From: an uncultured Lentisphaeraceae bacterium
GTDB taxonomy: Bacteria > Verrucomicrobiota > Kiritimatiellia > RFP12 > UBA1067
Direction: 5' to 3'
Length of the DNA stretch: 47,495 bases
Assembly (NCBI GenBank): GCA_964420685.1
Contig: CAYQUI010000005.1
Location: forward strand, 1-47,495
The translations under genes were made by a program, and so were the position numbers. A model generated the notes under the pieces. The model made no database searches and was not told where the DNA came from. It saw only the letters and a program-made list of their open reading frames with translations. Positions 1-10,043 of the stretch are shown piece by piece (position 1 is the first letter of the stretch; every line of letters begins with the position of its first letter).

Positions 1-2
1 CA

Positions 3-1376
3 GTGAAAAGTGCATTTAAGTTCAGGGGTGGCGTTCATCCCGACTACAACAAGGAACTGGCGCGCGAGAAGGCGATCGAGGCAATGCCGTGCCCCGCCGA
101 ACTCGTCGTCTCGATGAGCCAGCATCTCGGCGCGCCCGCGACGTGCGTCGTCAAGGCGGGCGAGTATGTGGTCAAGGGCCAGGTCTTGGGCACGCGCAAC
201 GGCTTTATCTCCGTTCCTGTTCATGCGCCCGCGAGCGGTCTCGTCAAGGCGATCGAGCCGCGCCTTGGCCCGGCGGGCGGCAAGTCCCTGGCGGTCGTCC
301 TCGACACGACGGCCCCTGCGCCGGAGGGCGTGGACACGACGGCGCGGACGCTTCCGCCGCTGGACTGGCGCGCCGCGACGAAGGAGGAACTTCGGGCGCG
401 CATCGACGAGGCCGGCCTGTGCGGCATGGGCGGCGCGGGATTCCCCTCGTGCGTGAAACTCAGTCCGCCGCCGAACAAGCGCTGCGAATACCTGATCGTG
501 AACGGCGCGGAGTGCGAACCGTACCTGTGCGCGGACTTCCGCCTTATGCTGGAGCGTGCGGATCGCGTGCGCGTCGGCGTCGAGATCCTGCGCAAAATCC
601 TGGGCGGCTGCGCCGTGCGCGTCGCCGTCGAGGCGAACAAGCCGGAGGCCATCGCTGCGCTGGAGCGAGCATTTGCGGACATTGACGGCAATGTCGAGAT
701 CGTCGTCCTCCCCGTCCTCTATCCGCAAGGCTCTGAAAAGCACCAGATCTACGCGACGGTCGGTCGCGTCGTCCCGGAGCCGCCCGCCCTGCCGATTGAC
801 GTCGGCTGCGTGGTCGAGAACGTCGGGACGGTTGCGGCGGTCGCGGACGCGGTCGAGAAGGGCACGATTCTCCTGTCGCGCGTGACGACCGTGTCGGGCG
901 ACGCCGTGCGCGAGCCGAAGAACGTCGAGGCGTCGCTTGGCACGAAGTATGCCGATCTCGTCGCCTTTTGCGGCGGCGAGTCGGAGTCTCCCGCAAAGGT
1001 GATCTCCGGCGGCACGATGATGGGCTTCGCCGTGCCCTCGCTTGAACTCGCGACAACGAAGACGACGTCGGGGCTTCTGCTCCTGTCGCGCCGGCGGGTC
1101 TTCCAGTATTCGTCGCAGGCGTGCATCAACTGCGGCCGCTGTGTGCGCGCCTGTCCGATGGGGCTCAATGCGGCGGAGATTGCCAAGGCCGTTGAGGCGA
1201 ACGACATCGCCTCCGCCGAAGCGTCGCACGTCATGAGCTGCATCGAGTGCGGCGCGTGTACGTTCGGCTGTCCGGCGTACCGTCCGATTACCCAGTCTTG
1301 CCGGCGCGCAAAGGCCTCGATCCGTGCACGTCTCGCGGCCGAACGGGCCAAGGCCGCCGCCGCGCAGACCAACTAG
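3..1376 (+). CDS. rnfC: Rnf electron transport complex subunit C
   Basis: N-terminal FRGGVHP, GMGGAGFP, NGAECEPYL and YPQGSEK motifs, plus two CxxCxxCxxxCP 4Fe-4S motifs at the C-terminus. GTG start at the window edge. Confidence 0.95.
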   Translation: MKSAFKFRGGVHPDYNKELAREKAIEAMPCPAELVVSMSQHLGAPATCVVKAGEYVVKGQVLGTRNGFISVPVHAPASGLVKAIEPRLGPAGGKSLAVVLDTTAPAPEGVDTTARTLPPLDWRAATKEELRARIDEAGLCGMGGAGFPSCVKLSPPPNKRCEYLIVNGAECEPYLCADFRLMLERADRVRVGVEILRKILGGCAVRVAVEANKPEAIAALERAFADIDGNVEIVVLPVLYPQGSEKHQIYATVGRVVPEPPALPIDVGCVVENVGTVAAVADAVEKGTILLSRVTTVSGDAVREPKNVEASLGTKYADLVAFCGGESESPAKVISGGTMMGFAVPSLELATTKTTSGLLLLSRRRVFQYSSQACINCGRCVRACPMGLNAAEIAKAVEANDIASAEASHVMSCIECGACTFGCPAYRPITQSCRRAKASIRARLAAERAKAAAAQTN

Positions 1377-1426
1377 CGGCGACATCCGCCAACCCCTCAC
1401 CGTTTGTCTTATTCCTCAAGCCGTCC

Positions 1427-2383
1427 ATGAAACCGAAAGAAACAGCTGAACGTTACCTCCTCTCCAGTTCGCCGCACACGCATGCGAAGAGCTCGGTCTC
1501 GCGCATCATGCTCGACGTGATCATCGCCTTGCTGCCGACGGCGGCGGCCGGCGTCTGGTTTTTTGGCCTTCCCGCCGTCTGGACGATCGCGACGTGCGTT
1601 GCGACGTGCCTCGTGACCGAGGCCCTTTGCCGCTTGGCGATGAAGCGCGAGAACACGATCGGCGACCTCTCGGCCGTCGTGACGGGGCTTCTCCTCGCGC
1701 TCAATCTGCCGGCGGGTCTTCCGCTTTGGATGGCCGTCGTCGGTTCGGTTTTCGCAATCGGCATCGCGAAGCAGGTCTTCGGCGGATTGGGCATGAACCC
1801 GTTCAACCCGGCCCTTGCCGCGCGTGCGTTCATGCTCATCTCATTCACCGGGCCGATGACGACGTGGCTCAAGCCCCTTTGGTGGAAGACGCCCGACGCC
1901 CTGACGACAGCGACGCCGCTGGCGTTCGTGAAGCACGGCCCTGCGGAGCAGATTCCCGGCCTTTGGGATCTTCTCGTCGGCAATATGCCGGGCTGTATCG
2001 GCGAAGTCTCGGCGCTCGCGCTTGCGCTGGGGGCGATTTACCTGCTGGTCCGCAAGGTCATCACGTGGCATATTCCCGTCGCGTTCCTTGCGACGGTGGC
2101 CGTCTACGCGCTCGTCGCGGGGCGCGCCCCCGCGCACGTCGAGATTCTCACGGGCGGCATCCTGATCGGGGCGTGCTTCATGGCGACAGATTACGTCACC
2201 TCGCCGACGACGGCGAAAGGCAAACTCGTCTTTGGCTGTGGCTGTGGACTTCTCTGCATGCTGATTCGCCAGTTTGGCGCCTACCCGGAAGGCTGCTCGT
2301 TCGCGATCCTCATCATGAACGCCGTTGCGCCGCTGATCAACCGCTGGACGCAGCCGAAGCCGTTTGGAGGCAAGGGGAAATGA
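1427..2383 (+). CDS. rnfD: Rnf complex subunit D (start refined to ATG 1427)
   Basis: SSPH N-terminus, KQVFGGLGMNPFNPA, TTATPL FMN-attachment motif, GCIGEVS, FMATD. Multi-pass membrane protein following rnfC. Confidence 0.95.
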   Translation: MKPKETAERYLLSSSPHTHAKSSVSRIMLDVIIALLPTAAAGVWFFGLPAVWTIATCVATCLVTEALCRLAMKRENTIGDLSAVVTGLLLALNLPAGLPLWMAVVGSVFAIGIAKQVFGGLGMNPFNPALAARAFMLISFTGPMTTWLKPLWWKTPDALTTATPLAFVKHGPAEQIPGLWDLLVGNMPGCIGEVSALALALGAIYLLVRKVITWHIPVAFLATVAVYALVAGRAPAHVEILTGGILIGACFMATDYVTSPTTAKGKLVFGCGCGLLCMLIRQFGAYPEGCSFAILIMNAVAPLINRWTQPKPFGGKGK

Positions 2384-2425
2384 TCGAACACTCGAATGTT
2401 CGAGTGTTCGAATGGTGAACGAATG
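2383..2425. repeat. Degenerate 8-bp tandem array that also forms a 13-bp perfect inverted repeat
   Basis: Units ATCGAACA/CTCGAATG/TTCGAGTG/TTCGAATG. TCGAACACTCGAA (2384-2396) pairs with TTCGAGTGTTCGA (2399-2411). Confidence 0.75.
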
Positions 2426-2445
2426 ATGATTAAGGCGGTGAACGC

Positions 2446-2982
2446 ATGAAGAAGAATCTCTCGCTTGTCCTTTCGCTGACGCTGATTTCCGGCGTCTGTG
2501 CGGCGGTGCTGGCTTATGTGAACAAGGTGACCCAAGAGCCGATTGCGGCGACGGCCGCCGCGAACGAGCAGAAGGCCGTCAAGGCCGTCCTGCCGTCCGA
2601 GACGGCGACGGTCGCGGCGGCGGGGGCGGTCTTCGTCGGAAAGGACGCCGCCGGACGGGTCGTCGGCTACGCGGCGAAGGGCACGGACGCGGGGGGCTAT
2701 GGCGGCGACGTTGTTCTGATGGTCGGCTTCAAGGCAGACCGGAAGACGCTCGTCTGCTACAAGACGCTTGCGGCGGCCGAGACGCCGGGCTTGGGCATGA
2801 AGCTCAACGCGCCCGAATTCGCGGATCAGTTTCCGGGAAAGGACGGTGCGGCGCTCGCCGTGACGAAGGACGGCGGCGTGATCGAGGCCATCACGTCCGC
2901 GACGATTACCTCGCGCGCCGTCTGCCGCGCAATTGCCGACGCGCAAAAGCAGGTGGCGGCGGTTTCGTCCGAGGTGCCGTGA
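2446..2982 (+). CDS. rnfG: Rnf complex subunit G (FMN-binding)
   Basis: N-terminal TM helix, GYGG, ETPGLG and ITSATITSRAV motifs. Confidence 0.9.
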   Translation: MKKNLSLVLSLTLISGVCAAVLAYVNKVTQEPIAATAAANEQKAVKAVLPSETATVAAAGAVFVGKDAAGRVVGYAAKGTDAGGYGGDVVLMVGFKADRKTLVCYKTLAAAETPGLGMKLNAPEFADQFPGKDGAALAVTKDGGVIEAITSATITSRAVCRAIADAQKQVAAVSSEVP

Positions 2983-3458
2983 TGAATGCGCGAACAGAGG
3001 ACGGTTGCCGCATTGAGATTGCGGGCGCGTTGCCGCGTGCGCTGGCGTTGCCGCGCGCACGGCTTCGCCGGGCGGCGGCGTTCTTTGCGGCGCGGAGCGC
3101 GGCGCGCATCGGCGCGCCGTTTCGCGCGGTGACGCTCGTTTTGCAGGACGATGCGTTTTCGGCTGAAGTCCATTTGGCGATCAATGGCGCGGCTGGTGCG
3201 ACGGATGTCGTGACGCAGCGCTATGATCCGCTGCCGGGCGAGGAGGCGGGCATCTACGGCGAACTTTACGTCAACTGCGACCAGGCCATTCGCGTCGCGC
3301 CGAAGCGGCGCGGCTGGAGCGCGGCGAAGGAACTGCTTCTCTACGTTGCGCATGGGATGGATCATCTCTCGGGTGCGGACGATCTCGAGCCGCTGGACTA
3401 TCGGCGCATGCGGCGGCGGGAGTTGGCCTGGCTGAAGGACTGGGAGGCGCGTGCGTGA
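2979..3458 (+). CDS. ybeY: rRNA maturation RNase YbeY
   Basis: TDV motif, GELYV, and HGMDHLSGADD metal-site variant followed by MRRRE. Confidence 0.85.
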   Translation: MMNARTEDGCRIEIAGALPRALALPRARLRRAAAFFAARSAARIGAPFRAVTLVLQDDAFSAEVHLAINGAAGATDVVTQRYDPLPGEEAGIYGELYVNCDQAIRVAPKRRGWSAAKELLLYVAHGMDHLSGADDLEPLDYRRMRRRELAWLKDWEARA

Positions 3459-4411
3459 AGATTGCCGTGGGACTTTCGGGCGGCGTTGATTCGGCCGTTT
3501 CGGCCTTGCTCTTGAAGGAGCAGGGGCATGAGGTCATTGGCGTGACGATGTCGCTGGGGCGGGCGACTGAGGAGAAGACGCTGGGCGAGGCCCGGGAGGT
3601 TGCGGCGCGGCTGGGAATCCCCCTTGAGGTCGCAGACCTCGCGGCTGATTGGTCGCGTCAGGTCCTCGCCTATGTGGCCGAATCGTATCGGGGCGGACGG
3701 ACGCCGAACCCGTGCATTCGCTGTAACGAGTTCGTGAAATTCGGGCTTCTGCCGCGCTGGGCGTTTGAGACGCTGGGCTGCGACCGCTTCGCGACAGGGC
3801 ATTACGCGCGCCTGCGGGACGGGCGTCTCTTCCGTGCGGCCGACCGCTCGAAGGATCAGTCGTATTTTCTCTACCGTCTCGCGCCGGAGATTCGCGCCCG
3901 TACGATCTTTCCGTTGGGTGAGCTGACGAAGCGCATCGTGCGGGAAATCGGACGGAAGGCCGGGTTCACGGCCGCCGACCGGGATGACAGCCAGGACTTC
4001 TGCGGCGGGGACGTGCGCGCAATCGTCGGGGCTGCGCCGCAGACGGGGAACATCGTTCGCGTGTCGGATGGCCGGGTTCTCGGAACGCATCAGGGAATCT
4101 GGAACTACACGGTCGGCAAGCGCAAGGGCCTTGGCGTTGGCGGCGGCACGCCGTATTATGTCGTTGGGTTGGATGCCGCACGGAACGTCGTCTGGGTCGG
4201 CACGAAGGAGGAGGCCGTTTGCCACGAGCTGTCGTTGCGGGATTGCGTCGGCGAAATCGACCTGTCCTTGCCCGTCAAGATTCGGAGCGCGGGCGAACCG
4301 CGCCTTCTGAAGGACGGCCTTTCGGGCGTGGCGCCCGGCCAGTCCGCCGTTTTCTATCGGGGCGACGAAGTGGTCGGCGGCGGCATCATCGACAACGGGG
4401 TTTCGGCATGA
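3455..4411 (+). CDS. mnmA: tRNA 2-thiouridine(34) synthase MnmA (short C-terminus)
   Basis: SGGVDS PP-loop, TPNPCIRCN, ATGHYA, KDQSYFL, DSQDFC and PGQSAVFY motifs. Confidence 0.93.
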   Translation: MKIAVGLSGGVDSAVSALLLKEQGHEVIGVTMSLGRATEEKTLGEAREVAARLGIPLEVADLAADWSRQVLAYVAESYRGGRTPNPCIRCNEFVKFGLLPRWAFETLGCDRFATGHYARLRDGRLFRAADRSKDQSYFLYRLAPEIRARTIFPLGELTKRIVREIGRKAGFTAADRDDSQDFCGGDVRAIVGAAPQTGNIVRVSDGRVLGTHQGIWNYTVGKRKGLGVGGGTPYYVVGLDAARNVVWVGTKEEAVCHELSLRDCVGEIDLSLPVKIRSAGEPRLLKDGLSGVAPGQSAVFYRGDEVVGGGIIDNGVSA

Positions 4412-6153
4412 TGAAGTCCGCAGAGGAAATTCGCGCCCGCATCTTGGAGACCGTGACCGCGAACGGCGGGCATCTCGCCTCCTCCCTTGGGGCCGTTGAA
4501 GTCGCCCAGGCGCTCGTGGCCGTCTTCGACTCCGAGAAAGACCGCATCGTTTGGGACGTCGGGCATCAGGCCTACGCCTGGAAGATCCTGACGGGTCGCG
4601 ACGACCGCTTCGGGTCGTTGCGCCAGTTGGACGGCCTCGCGCCGTTTCCGCTTCCGTCCGAAAGCGCGGCGGATGCCGCCGTCGCGGGCCATGCCGGGAG
4701 CGCGCTCTCCGTTGCGCTCGGCCTGGCCGCCGCGCGCGATCGTCGAGGCACGGGCGTTCACGTCGTCGCGGTCATCGGCGATGCGTCGATCGTCAACGGA
4801 CATTCCTTCGAGGCGTTAAACAACTGTTCGGCCGCGACGGAGAAGGTGATCGTCGTTCTTAACGACAACGGCATGGCGATTTCGAAGCCGACCGGCAGCT
4901 TCGCGAAGTTCCTGGGGCGGCTCATCACGGGCGTGCGCTACAATCGTCTCAAGGCGGCGACGGAGGCGGCGGGCCACCGTCTGCGGCTGACGTTCCTGCG
5001 CGATGTCTACCACCGGTTCGAGAGCCGCGTGAAAGGACTCTTCCTCGGCAATCGCTATTTCGAGCAGTTCGGGCTGCGCTACATCGGACCGGTTGACGGA
5101 CACGATCTTTCCGCCCTGACGGCCGCGTTCACGGTCGCGAAGGAGGACAAGCGGTCGGTGCTGGTTCATGTCGTCACGAAGAAGGGCAAGGGGTTCGCGG
5201 CGGCCGAACGCGACCCGACGTTCTACCACGGCGTGCGAGCCGGATTGCCCGACAAGTCGGCGGAGACGGAGGCGCGTCGAGGTCATCCCGACTGGAGCGC
5301 GGTTCTCGGCGCGCAGCTTGTTCGCGCGGCGGATGCGGATACGCGGGTCGTCGCCTTGACGGCCGGCATGACGGACGGCACGGGGCTTGTGCCGTTTGCG
5401 CGGGCGTTCCCGTCGCGCTTCTTTGACGTCGGCATTGCCGAAGGGCATATGGTCGCCTTCGCGGCGGGACTCGCGGCGGCGGGGCTTCGTCCCGTCGTGT
5501 GCGTCTACTCGACCTTCCTCCAGCGTGCCGTCGACCAGGTCATTCACGACGTGGCGATCGCGAAGCTGCCGGTTGTCTTCTGCGTGGATCGCGCGGGACT
5601 GGTTGGCGCGGACGGCGTGACGCACCAGGGCGTCTTCGACATTGCGCTCTTCCGCGCCGTGCCGAACCTGACGATCTGCCAGCCGTGCGATGTTGAAGAC
5701 CTGGCGCGGCTGCTCGCGGAGGCGCTGCGGCGCGACGGCCCGACGATTATCCGCTACCCGCGTGGCGCGTGCCCGCCGTCGCTCGGCGTTGTCGGCGAGG
5801 GGCTGGCCGTCGAGGTGGCGAATCCCGCTGCGCCTGTCCAGGTCTGGGCGACGGGGGACGAATTGCCGAAGGCCTTGGCCGTGGCGAAGCGGACGGGCGT
5901 TGGCGTTGTCTACGCGCGTTCAATCAAGCCGTTTGACGCCGCGCTCCTGGAACGACAGCGGCAGGCCGGCAAGCGCATTGTCTCGCTGGAGAACGGCTGT
6001 GCCCTCGGCGGCTTTGGCGAGGCGATTGGCGCCGACCGCCGTTTCGGCTGGCCGGACGCCTTCATTCCGCACGGCGCGGTCGCTGACCTGGAACGCCGCT
6101 ATGGGCTCGACGTCGAGTCGATTGTCGCGCAACTCGACGAGATGGCTCAATAG
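4408..6153 (+). CDS. dxs: 1-deoxy-D-xylulose-5-phosphate synthase (start refined; ATGA overlap with mnmA)
   Basis: GGHLASSLG, WDVGHQAY, GD..N TPP motif, GPVDGHD, DVGIAE, DRAGLVGADGVTHQG and IRYPRG motifs. Confidence 0.95.
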   Translation: MMKSAEEIRARILETVTANGGHLASSLGAVEVAQALVAVFDSEKDRIVWDVGHQAYAWKILTGRDDRFGSLRQLDGLAPFPLPSESAADAAVAGHAGSALSVALGLAAARDRRGTGVHVVAVIGDASIVNGHSFEALNNCSAATEKVIVVLNDNGMAISKPTGSFAKFLGRLITGVRYNRLKAATEAAGHRLRLTFLRDVYHRFESRVKGLFLGNRYFEQFGLRYIGPVDGHDLSALTAAFTVAKEDKRSVLVHVVTKKGKGFAAAERDPTFYHGVRAGLPDKSAETEARRGHPDWSAVLGAQLVRAADADTRVVALTAGMTDGTGLVPFARAFPSRFFDVGIAEGHMVAFAAGLAAAGLRPVVCVYSTFLQRAVDQVIHDVAIAKLPVVFCVDRAGLVGADGVTHQGVFDIALFRAVPNLTICQPCDVEDLARLLAEALRRDGPTIIRYPRGACPPSLGVVGEGLAVEVANPAAPVQVWATGDELPKALAVAKRTGVGVVYARSIKPFDAALLERQRQAGKRIVSLENGCALGGFGEAIGADRRFGWPDAFIPHGAVADLERRYGLDVESIVAQLDEMAQ

Positions 6154-6172
6154 GCGCGTCGTCGGCGGCGTA

Positions 6173-8386
6173 TTACCGCTTCGCGTCGCGCATGTCGTAG
6201 AAGAAGATGCGCAGGGAGTTGCCGACGACGAGGATTGTGCTCGCGTTGTGCAGTGTCGCGCCGACGATGACGGGAATGAGTCCGAGGCCGCCGAGGAGAA
6301 GCCCGACCGTGTTCACGCCGACGGACACGAAGAAGTTCTGGCGGATGATGTCCATTGTCTGCCGCGCAAGGCCGTAGGTCGTCGGCAGGAGCATCGCGTT
6401 GTCGCCCGCGATCGTGATGTCCGCCGCTTCCATGGCGACGTCCGTGCGCGTCTTGCCGAGTGCGATGCCGACGTCGGCGTAGGCGAGTCCGGGCGCGTCG
6501 TTGATGCCGTCGCCGACCATGACGACGCCGTTGCCGCCCGCCTGAAGGCGCAGGATGACCTTCGCCTTGTCCTCCGGCATGAGCTCGGATTCGAAGCCGT
6601 CCAGGCCGAGGCGGCGCGCGACGACGTCCGCCTGCTGCTCCTGGTCGCCCGTCAGGAGAATGATATCATCCACGCCCGCGAGACGCAGACGGTTCAGCGC
6701 CTTTTTCATGTTTTCGCGCAGCGGGTCGCGGATGCCGATCAGTCCGACGATTTCCGTGCCGCGCGCGACGTAGATGACGCTTTCGCCATTCGCGAAGAGA
6801 CGCGAGGCCTGTTCGCGCATCGGGTGCGTGTGGATGCCGGCCTCGTTGAGGAAGCGTTTCGAGCCGACGCGCACGACGGCGCGCCCGACCTTCGTCCAGA
6901 CCCCGCGCCCGACGACGGTGTGGATCTCCTGATGGCGCGGAATCTTGCCGCCGACGCGCTGGAGCTGCGCGAGGATCGCGTTCGCCATCGGGTGGCGGCT
7001 CGTTTCCTCCGCCGCAGCCGCGAGCGCGAGAATCTCTTCGCGCGAAAAGGCGTTCGAGATGGTGGCGATCGAGGTGACGCGCGGCTTGCCCTCCGTCAGC
7101 GTGCCCGTCTTGTCGAGGATGAGCGTGTCCGCCTCCGTGAGGGCCTGAAGCGAGCCGCCGCCCTTGATGAGGACGCCGTTGCGCGCGGCTGTCGAGATCG
7201 CGGCCGAGAGCGCGGCCGCCGTCGAGAGGCGGATGCCGCACGAGTAGTCGATGACGAGCATGTTCAGCGCGCGGTTCACGTCCCGCGTGCCGAGGAAGAC
7301 CGCGAGCGCGAGCGTGATGTTCACCGGCACGAGGGCGGACGAGAAGCGGTCGGCATACGTCTGGATTTCGGCCTTCTTCCCCTCCGCGTCCTCGACCATG
7401 CGGATGATGCGCGAGACGGCCGTTCCCTCGCCGACGGACTCGACGCGAATCGCGGCCGTGCCGTCCACGGCGAGCGTGCCGGCGTAGACCTTGCCGCCTG
7501 CTTCGCGCGGCACGGGGCCGAACTCGCCCGTGATGGACGACTGGTCGACGAGAAGCCGCCCCGCGACGACTTCGCCGTCCGCGACGATTTTCTCGCCCGT
7601 GTGCACGACGATGAAGTCGCCCGGCCGAAGGTCTGAAACGCGCACGCGCGCGAGCGGCGTGCCCGGTTTCCCGTCCGCCGACCGCCAGGCCTCCTCGCCG
7701 TCCACCGAGAGCATGTCGCGGATCGCGTTTCTCGTCTGGGTCATCGTGTAGGCCGTGAGCGACTCGGCGAGGTCATGGAGCAGAAGGACGGTCAGGGCCG
7801 AGCCCGCGCGGCCCGAGACGACGCTTGAGACGATTGCGAGCGCGCTCAGCGTGTCGGCGTTCGGCAGGAACGTGCGCAGGAGGACGCCCGCGCCGCTGCG
7901 GAAGATCGGCGTCGCGAGCGCGAGCGCGCCGAAGCCCGTCGGCGACAGGACGCGGCCGAGGACGGTCGCCGGCGCGGCGCGACGGAAGAGCCAGGAGCCG
8001 ACGAGGAGCGTGCCCGCGACGCCCGCGCGCGTGAGCATCGTCGCAAGCGACTCCTCGTGGAGGTCACGTTCGGCGACGCGCAGGCGGTTGCGCTCCTCGC
8101 GCTCCTTCCGCAGGGCGCTCAGCGAGTGGATCTGAATCAGGCTCTCGACGGATTCGAGCAGTTCCTCGTCGGTCGTCGCCGTCGGGTCGTAGGCGAGGAC
8201 AACGCTCGACGCGGCGCAGTTCATGCGCTGGGAGCGGACGCCGCGCAGCTGCGAGAAGTGGTCTTCGAGATCGGTTTGTTCGGCCGACAGGTAGCGGACG
8301 GCGCGGCAGACGAGACGGACGCGCCCCGGGATCCGGTGCGCGAACCGGCACTTGAGCAGCGGCACTTGAGACGGACGAAACGGCAT
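6173..8386 (-). CDS. Heavy-metal P1B-type ATPase, P1B-6/FezB-like
   Basis: TGE actuator motif, DKTGTLT phosphorylation site, HP and GDGINDAP motifs. Membrane motifs are DYSC and HNAST instead of CPC. N-terminal [18 protein letters not shown] upstream. Confidence 0.9.
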   Translation of the reverse strand: MPFRPSQVPLLKCRFAHRIPGRVRLVCRAVRYLSAEQTDLEDHFSQLRGVRSQRMNCAASSVVLAYDPTATTDEELLESVESLIQIHSLSALRKEREERNRLRVAERDLHEESLATMLTRAGVAGTLLVGSWLFRRAAPATVLGRVLSPTGFGALALATPIFRSGAGVLLRTFLPNADTLSALAIVSSVVSGRAGSALTVLLLHDLAESLTAYTMTQTRNAIRDMLSVDGEEAWRSADGKPGTPLARVRVSDLRPGDFIVVHTGEKIVADGEVVAGRLLVDQSSITGEFGPVPREAGGKVYAGTLAVDGTAAIRVESVGEGTAVSRIIRMVEDAEGKKAEIQTYADRFSSALVPVNITLALAVFLGTRDVNRALNMLVIDYSCGIRLSTAAALSAAISTAARNGVLIKGGGSLQALTEADTLILDKTGTLTEGKPRVTSIATISNAFSREEILALAAAAEETSRHPMANAILAQLQRVGGKIPRHQEIHTVVGRGVWTKVGRAVVRVGSKRFLNEAGIHTHPMREQASRLFANGESVIYVARGTEIVGLIGIRDPLRENMKKALNRLRLAGVDDIILLTGDQEQQADVVARRLGLDGFESELMPEDKAKVILRLQAGGNGVVMVGDGINDAPGLAYADVGIALGKTRTDVAMEAADITIAGDNAMLLPTTYGLARQTMDIIRQNFFVSVGVNTVGLLLGGLGLIPVIVGATLHNASTILVVGNSLRIFFYDMRDAKR

Positions 8387-8411
8387 GAGAACCCTCCTTC
8401 AAGGGAGAAGG

Positions 8412-8434
8412 ATTATACCACAATATGGTATAAT
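8412..8434. promoter_or_regulatory. Bidirectional extended -10 promoter ATTATACCA-N5-TGGTATAAT between the ATPase and icd
   Basis: Perfect TGnTATAAT on both strands within a 55-bp divergent gap. Confidence 0.75.
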
Positions 8435-8441
8435 ACGGGGC

Positions 8442-9665
8442 ATGAGCGAAAAGATCACGTTGCAGGGCGGGAAGCTGAACGTTCCCGAAAATCCGATCAT
8501 TCCCTTCGTCGAGGGCGACGGCACAGGCCCCGACATCACGCGGGCGGCGATGACCGTCTGGAATGCGGCGGTCGAGAAGGCCTACGGCGGCGCGCGCAAG
8601 ATCGAGTGGCGCGAGGTCCTGGCCGGCGAGAAGGCGTTCAAGAAGACGGGCGAGTGGCTGCCGCAGGAGACGCTGGACGTCTGCCGCGACTGCCTCGTCT
8701 CGATCAAGGGCCCGCTCACGACCCCGGTCGGGGGCGGCATCCGCTCGATTAACGTCGCGATGCGTCAGGAACTCGACCTTTACGTCTGTCTCCGTCCCGT
8801 TCGCTACTTCAAGGGCGTGCCCTCCCCGGTGAAGCGTCCGGAACTGACGGACATGGTGATTTTCCGCGAGAACACGGAGGACATCTACGCTGGCATCGAG
8901 TGGATGAACGGAACGCCGGAGGTCGAGAAGGTGAAGGCGTTTCTCCTCGGCGAGATGGGCGTGAAGAAGATCCGCTTCCCGAAGACCGCGTCGATCGGCA
9001 TCAAGCCCGTCTCGCTGGAAGGGACGGAGCGGCTTGTCCGCGCGGCGCTTGACTACGCGATCGCGAACGACCGCAAGTCGGTCACGCTCGTCCACAAGGG
9101 CAACATTCAGAAGTTCACCGAGGGCGCGTTCCGCGACTGGGGCTACGCGCTTGCCCGTCGCGAGTACGGCGCGACGCTGATCGACAACGGCCCGTGGTGC
9201 ACGTTCAAGAACCCGAAGACGGGCCGCGAGATCGTCGTGAAGGACTGCATCTGCGATGCCTTCCTCCAGCAGATCCTGACGCGCCCGGCCGAGTACGACG
9301 TGATCGCGACGCTGAACCTCAACGGCGACTATGTCTCCGACGCGCTCGCGGCGACCGTGGGCGGCATCGGCATTGCCCCCGGCGCAAACATCAACTATCA
9401 GACGGGCGTGGCCGTCTTCGAGGCGACGCACGGCACGGCTCCGAAATACGCGGGCCTCGACAAGGTGAATCCTGGTTCGCTCATCCTCTCCGGCGAGATG
9501 ATGCTGCGCTACATGGGCTGGACGGAGGCCGCCGACAAGATCATCGCCGCGATGGACAAGGTGATCGCCGCGAAGACCGTCACCTACGATTTCGCCCGCC
9601 AGATGGAGGGTGCGACCGAGGTGACGTGCTCGGCGTTCGGCAACCTGCTCGCCGAGGCGATGTAA
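8442..9665 (+). CDS. icd: NADP-dependent isocitrate dehydrogenase (start refined to ATG 8442)
   Basis: [42 protein letters not shown] and [12 protein letters not shown] motifs. Confidence 0.97.
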   Translation: MSEKITLQGGKLNVPENPIIPFVEGDGTGPDITRAAMTVWNAAVEKAYGGARKIEWREVLAGEKAFKKTGEWLPQETLDVCRDCLVSIKGPLTTPVGGGIRSINVAMRQELDLYVCLRPVRYFKGVPSPVKRPELTDMVIFRENTEDIYAGIEWMNGTPEVEKVKAFLLGEMGVKKIRFPKTASIGIKPVSLEGTERLVRAALDYAIANDRKSVTLVHKGNIQKFTEGAFRDWGYALARREYGATLIDNGPWCTFKNPKTGREIVVKDCICDAFLQQILTRPAEYDVIATLNLNGDYVSDALAATVGGIGIAPGANINYQTGVAVFEATHGTAPKYAGLDKVNPGSLILSGEMMLRYMGWTEAADKIIAAMDKVIAAKTVTYDFARQMEGATEVTCSAFGNLLAEAM

Positions 9666-9680
9666 GAAGGGCGGCGCGAG

Positions 9681-10031
9681 ATGGCAGTCGACAGACTTGA
9701 ACGGATCAATTCGCTTCTGAAGCGCGTCATCGCCGAGAGCATGTTCACGGTGATGCAAGGCGACACGGTCGCGCCGGGGCTGATCACCGTGACGGGCGTC
9801 ACGTGCGGCAAGGACTTGCGCGACGCGACGGTGCGCGTCTCCGTCTTCGGCGACGATGCGCTGAAGGAGACGGCGCTCCAGCACCTGAAGCACAACGCGC
9901 GCAAGTTTCAGGCGATCATCAATCGCGAGGTGCGGCTCAAGTTCACGCCGCGTCTTGCGTTCGTCCTCGACCTCTCGCTTGAGAAGGGCGACGAGGTCTT
10001 GGCGATCCTGAACGGGCTGCCGAACGTCTGA
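9681..10031 (+). CDS. rbfA: Ribosome-binding factor A
   Basis: R..RIN N-terminus, ITVTGV..DLRDATVRVS, LKFTPRLAFVLD.SLE. Confidence 0.88.
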   Translation: MAVDRLERINSLLKRVIAESMFTVMQGDTVAPGLITVTGVTCGKDLRDATVRVSVFGDDALKETALQHLKHNARKFQAIINREVRLKFTPRLAFVLDLSLEKGDEVLAILNGLPNV

Positions 10032-10043
10032 TTCCGGCGACGG

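Noticed and set aside
3349-3385. YbeY third metal-binding His replaced by Asp (HGMDHLSGADD) as a sign of a pseudogene
   Set aside because: The ORF is intact and coupled to its neighbours, and Asp at this position is a variant I recall from other YbeY proteins.
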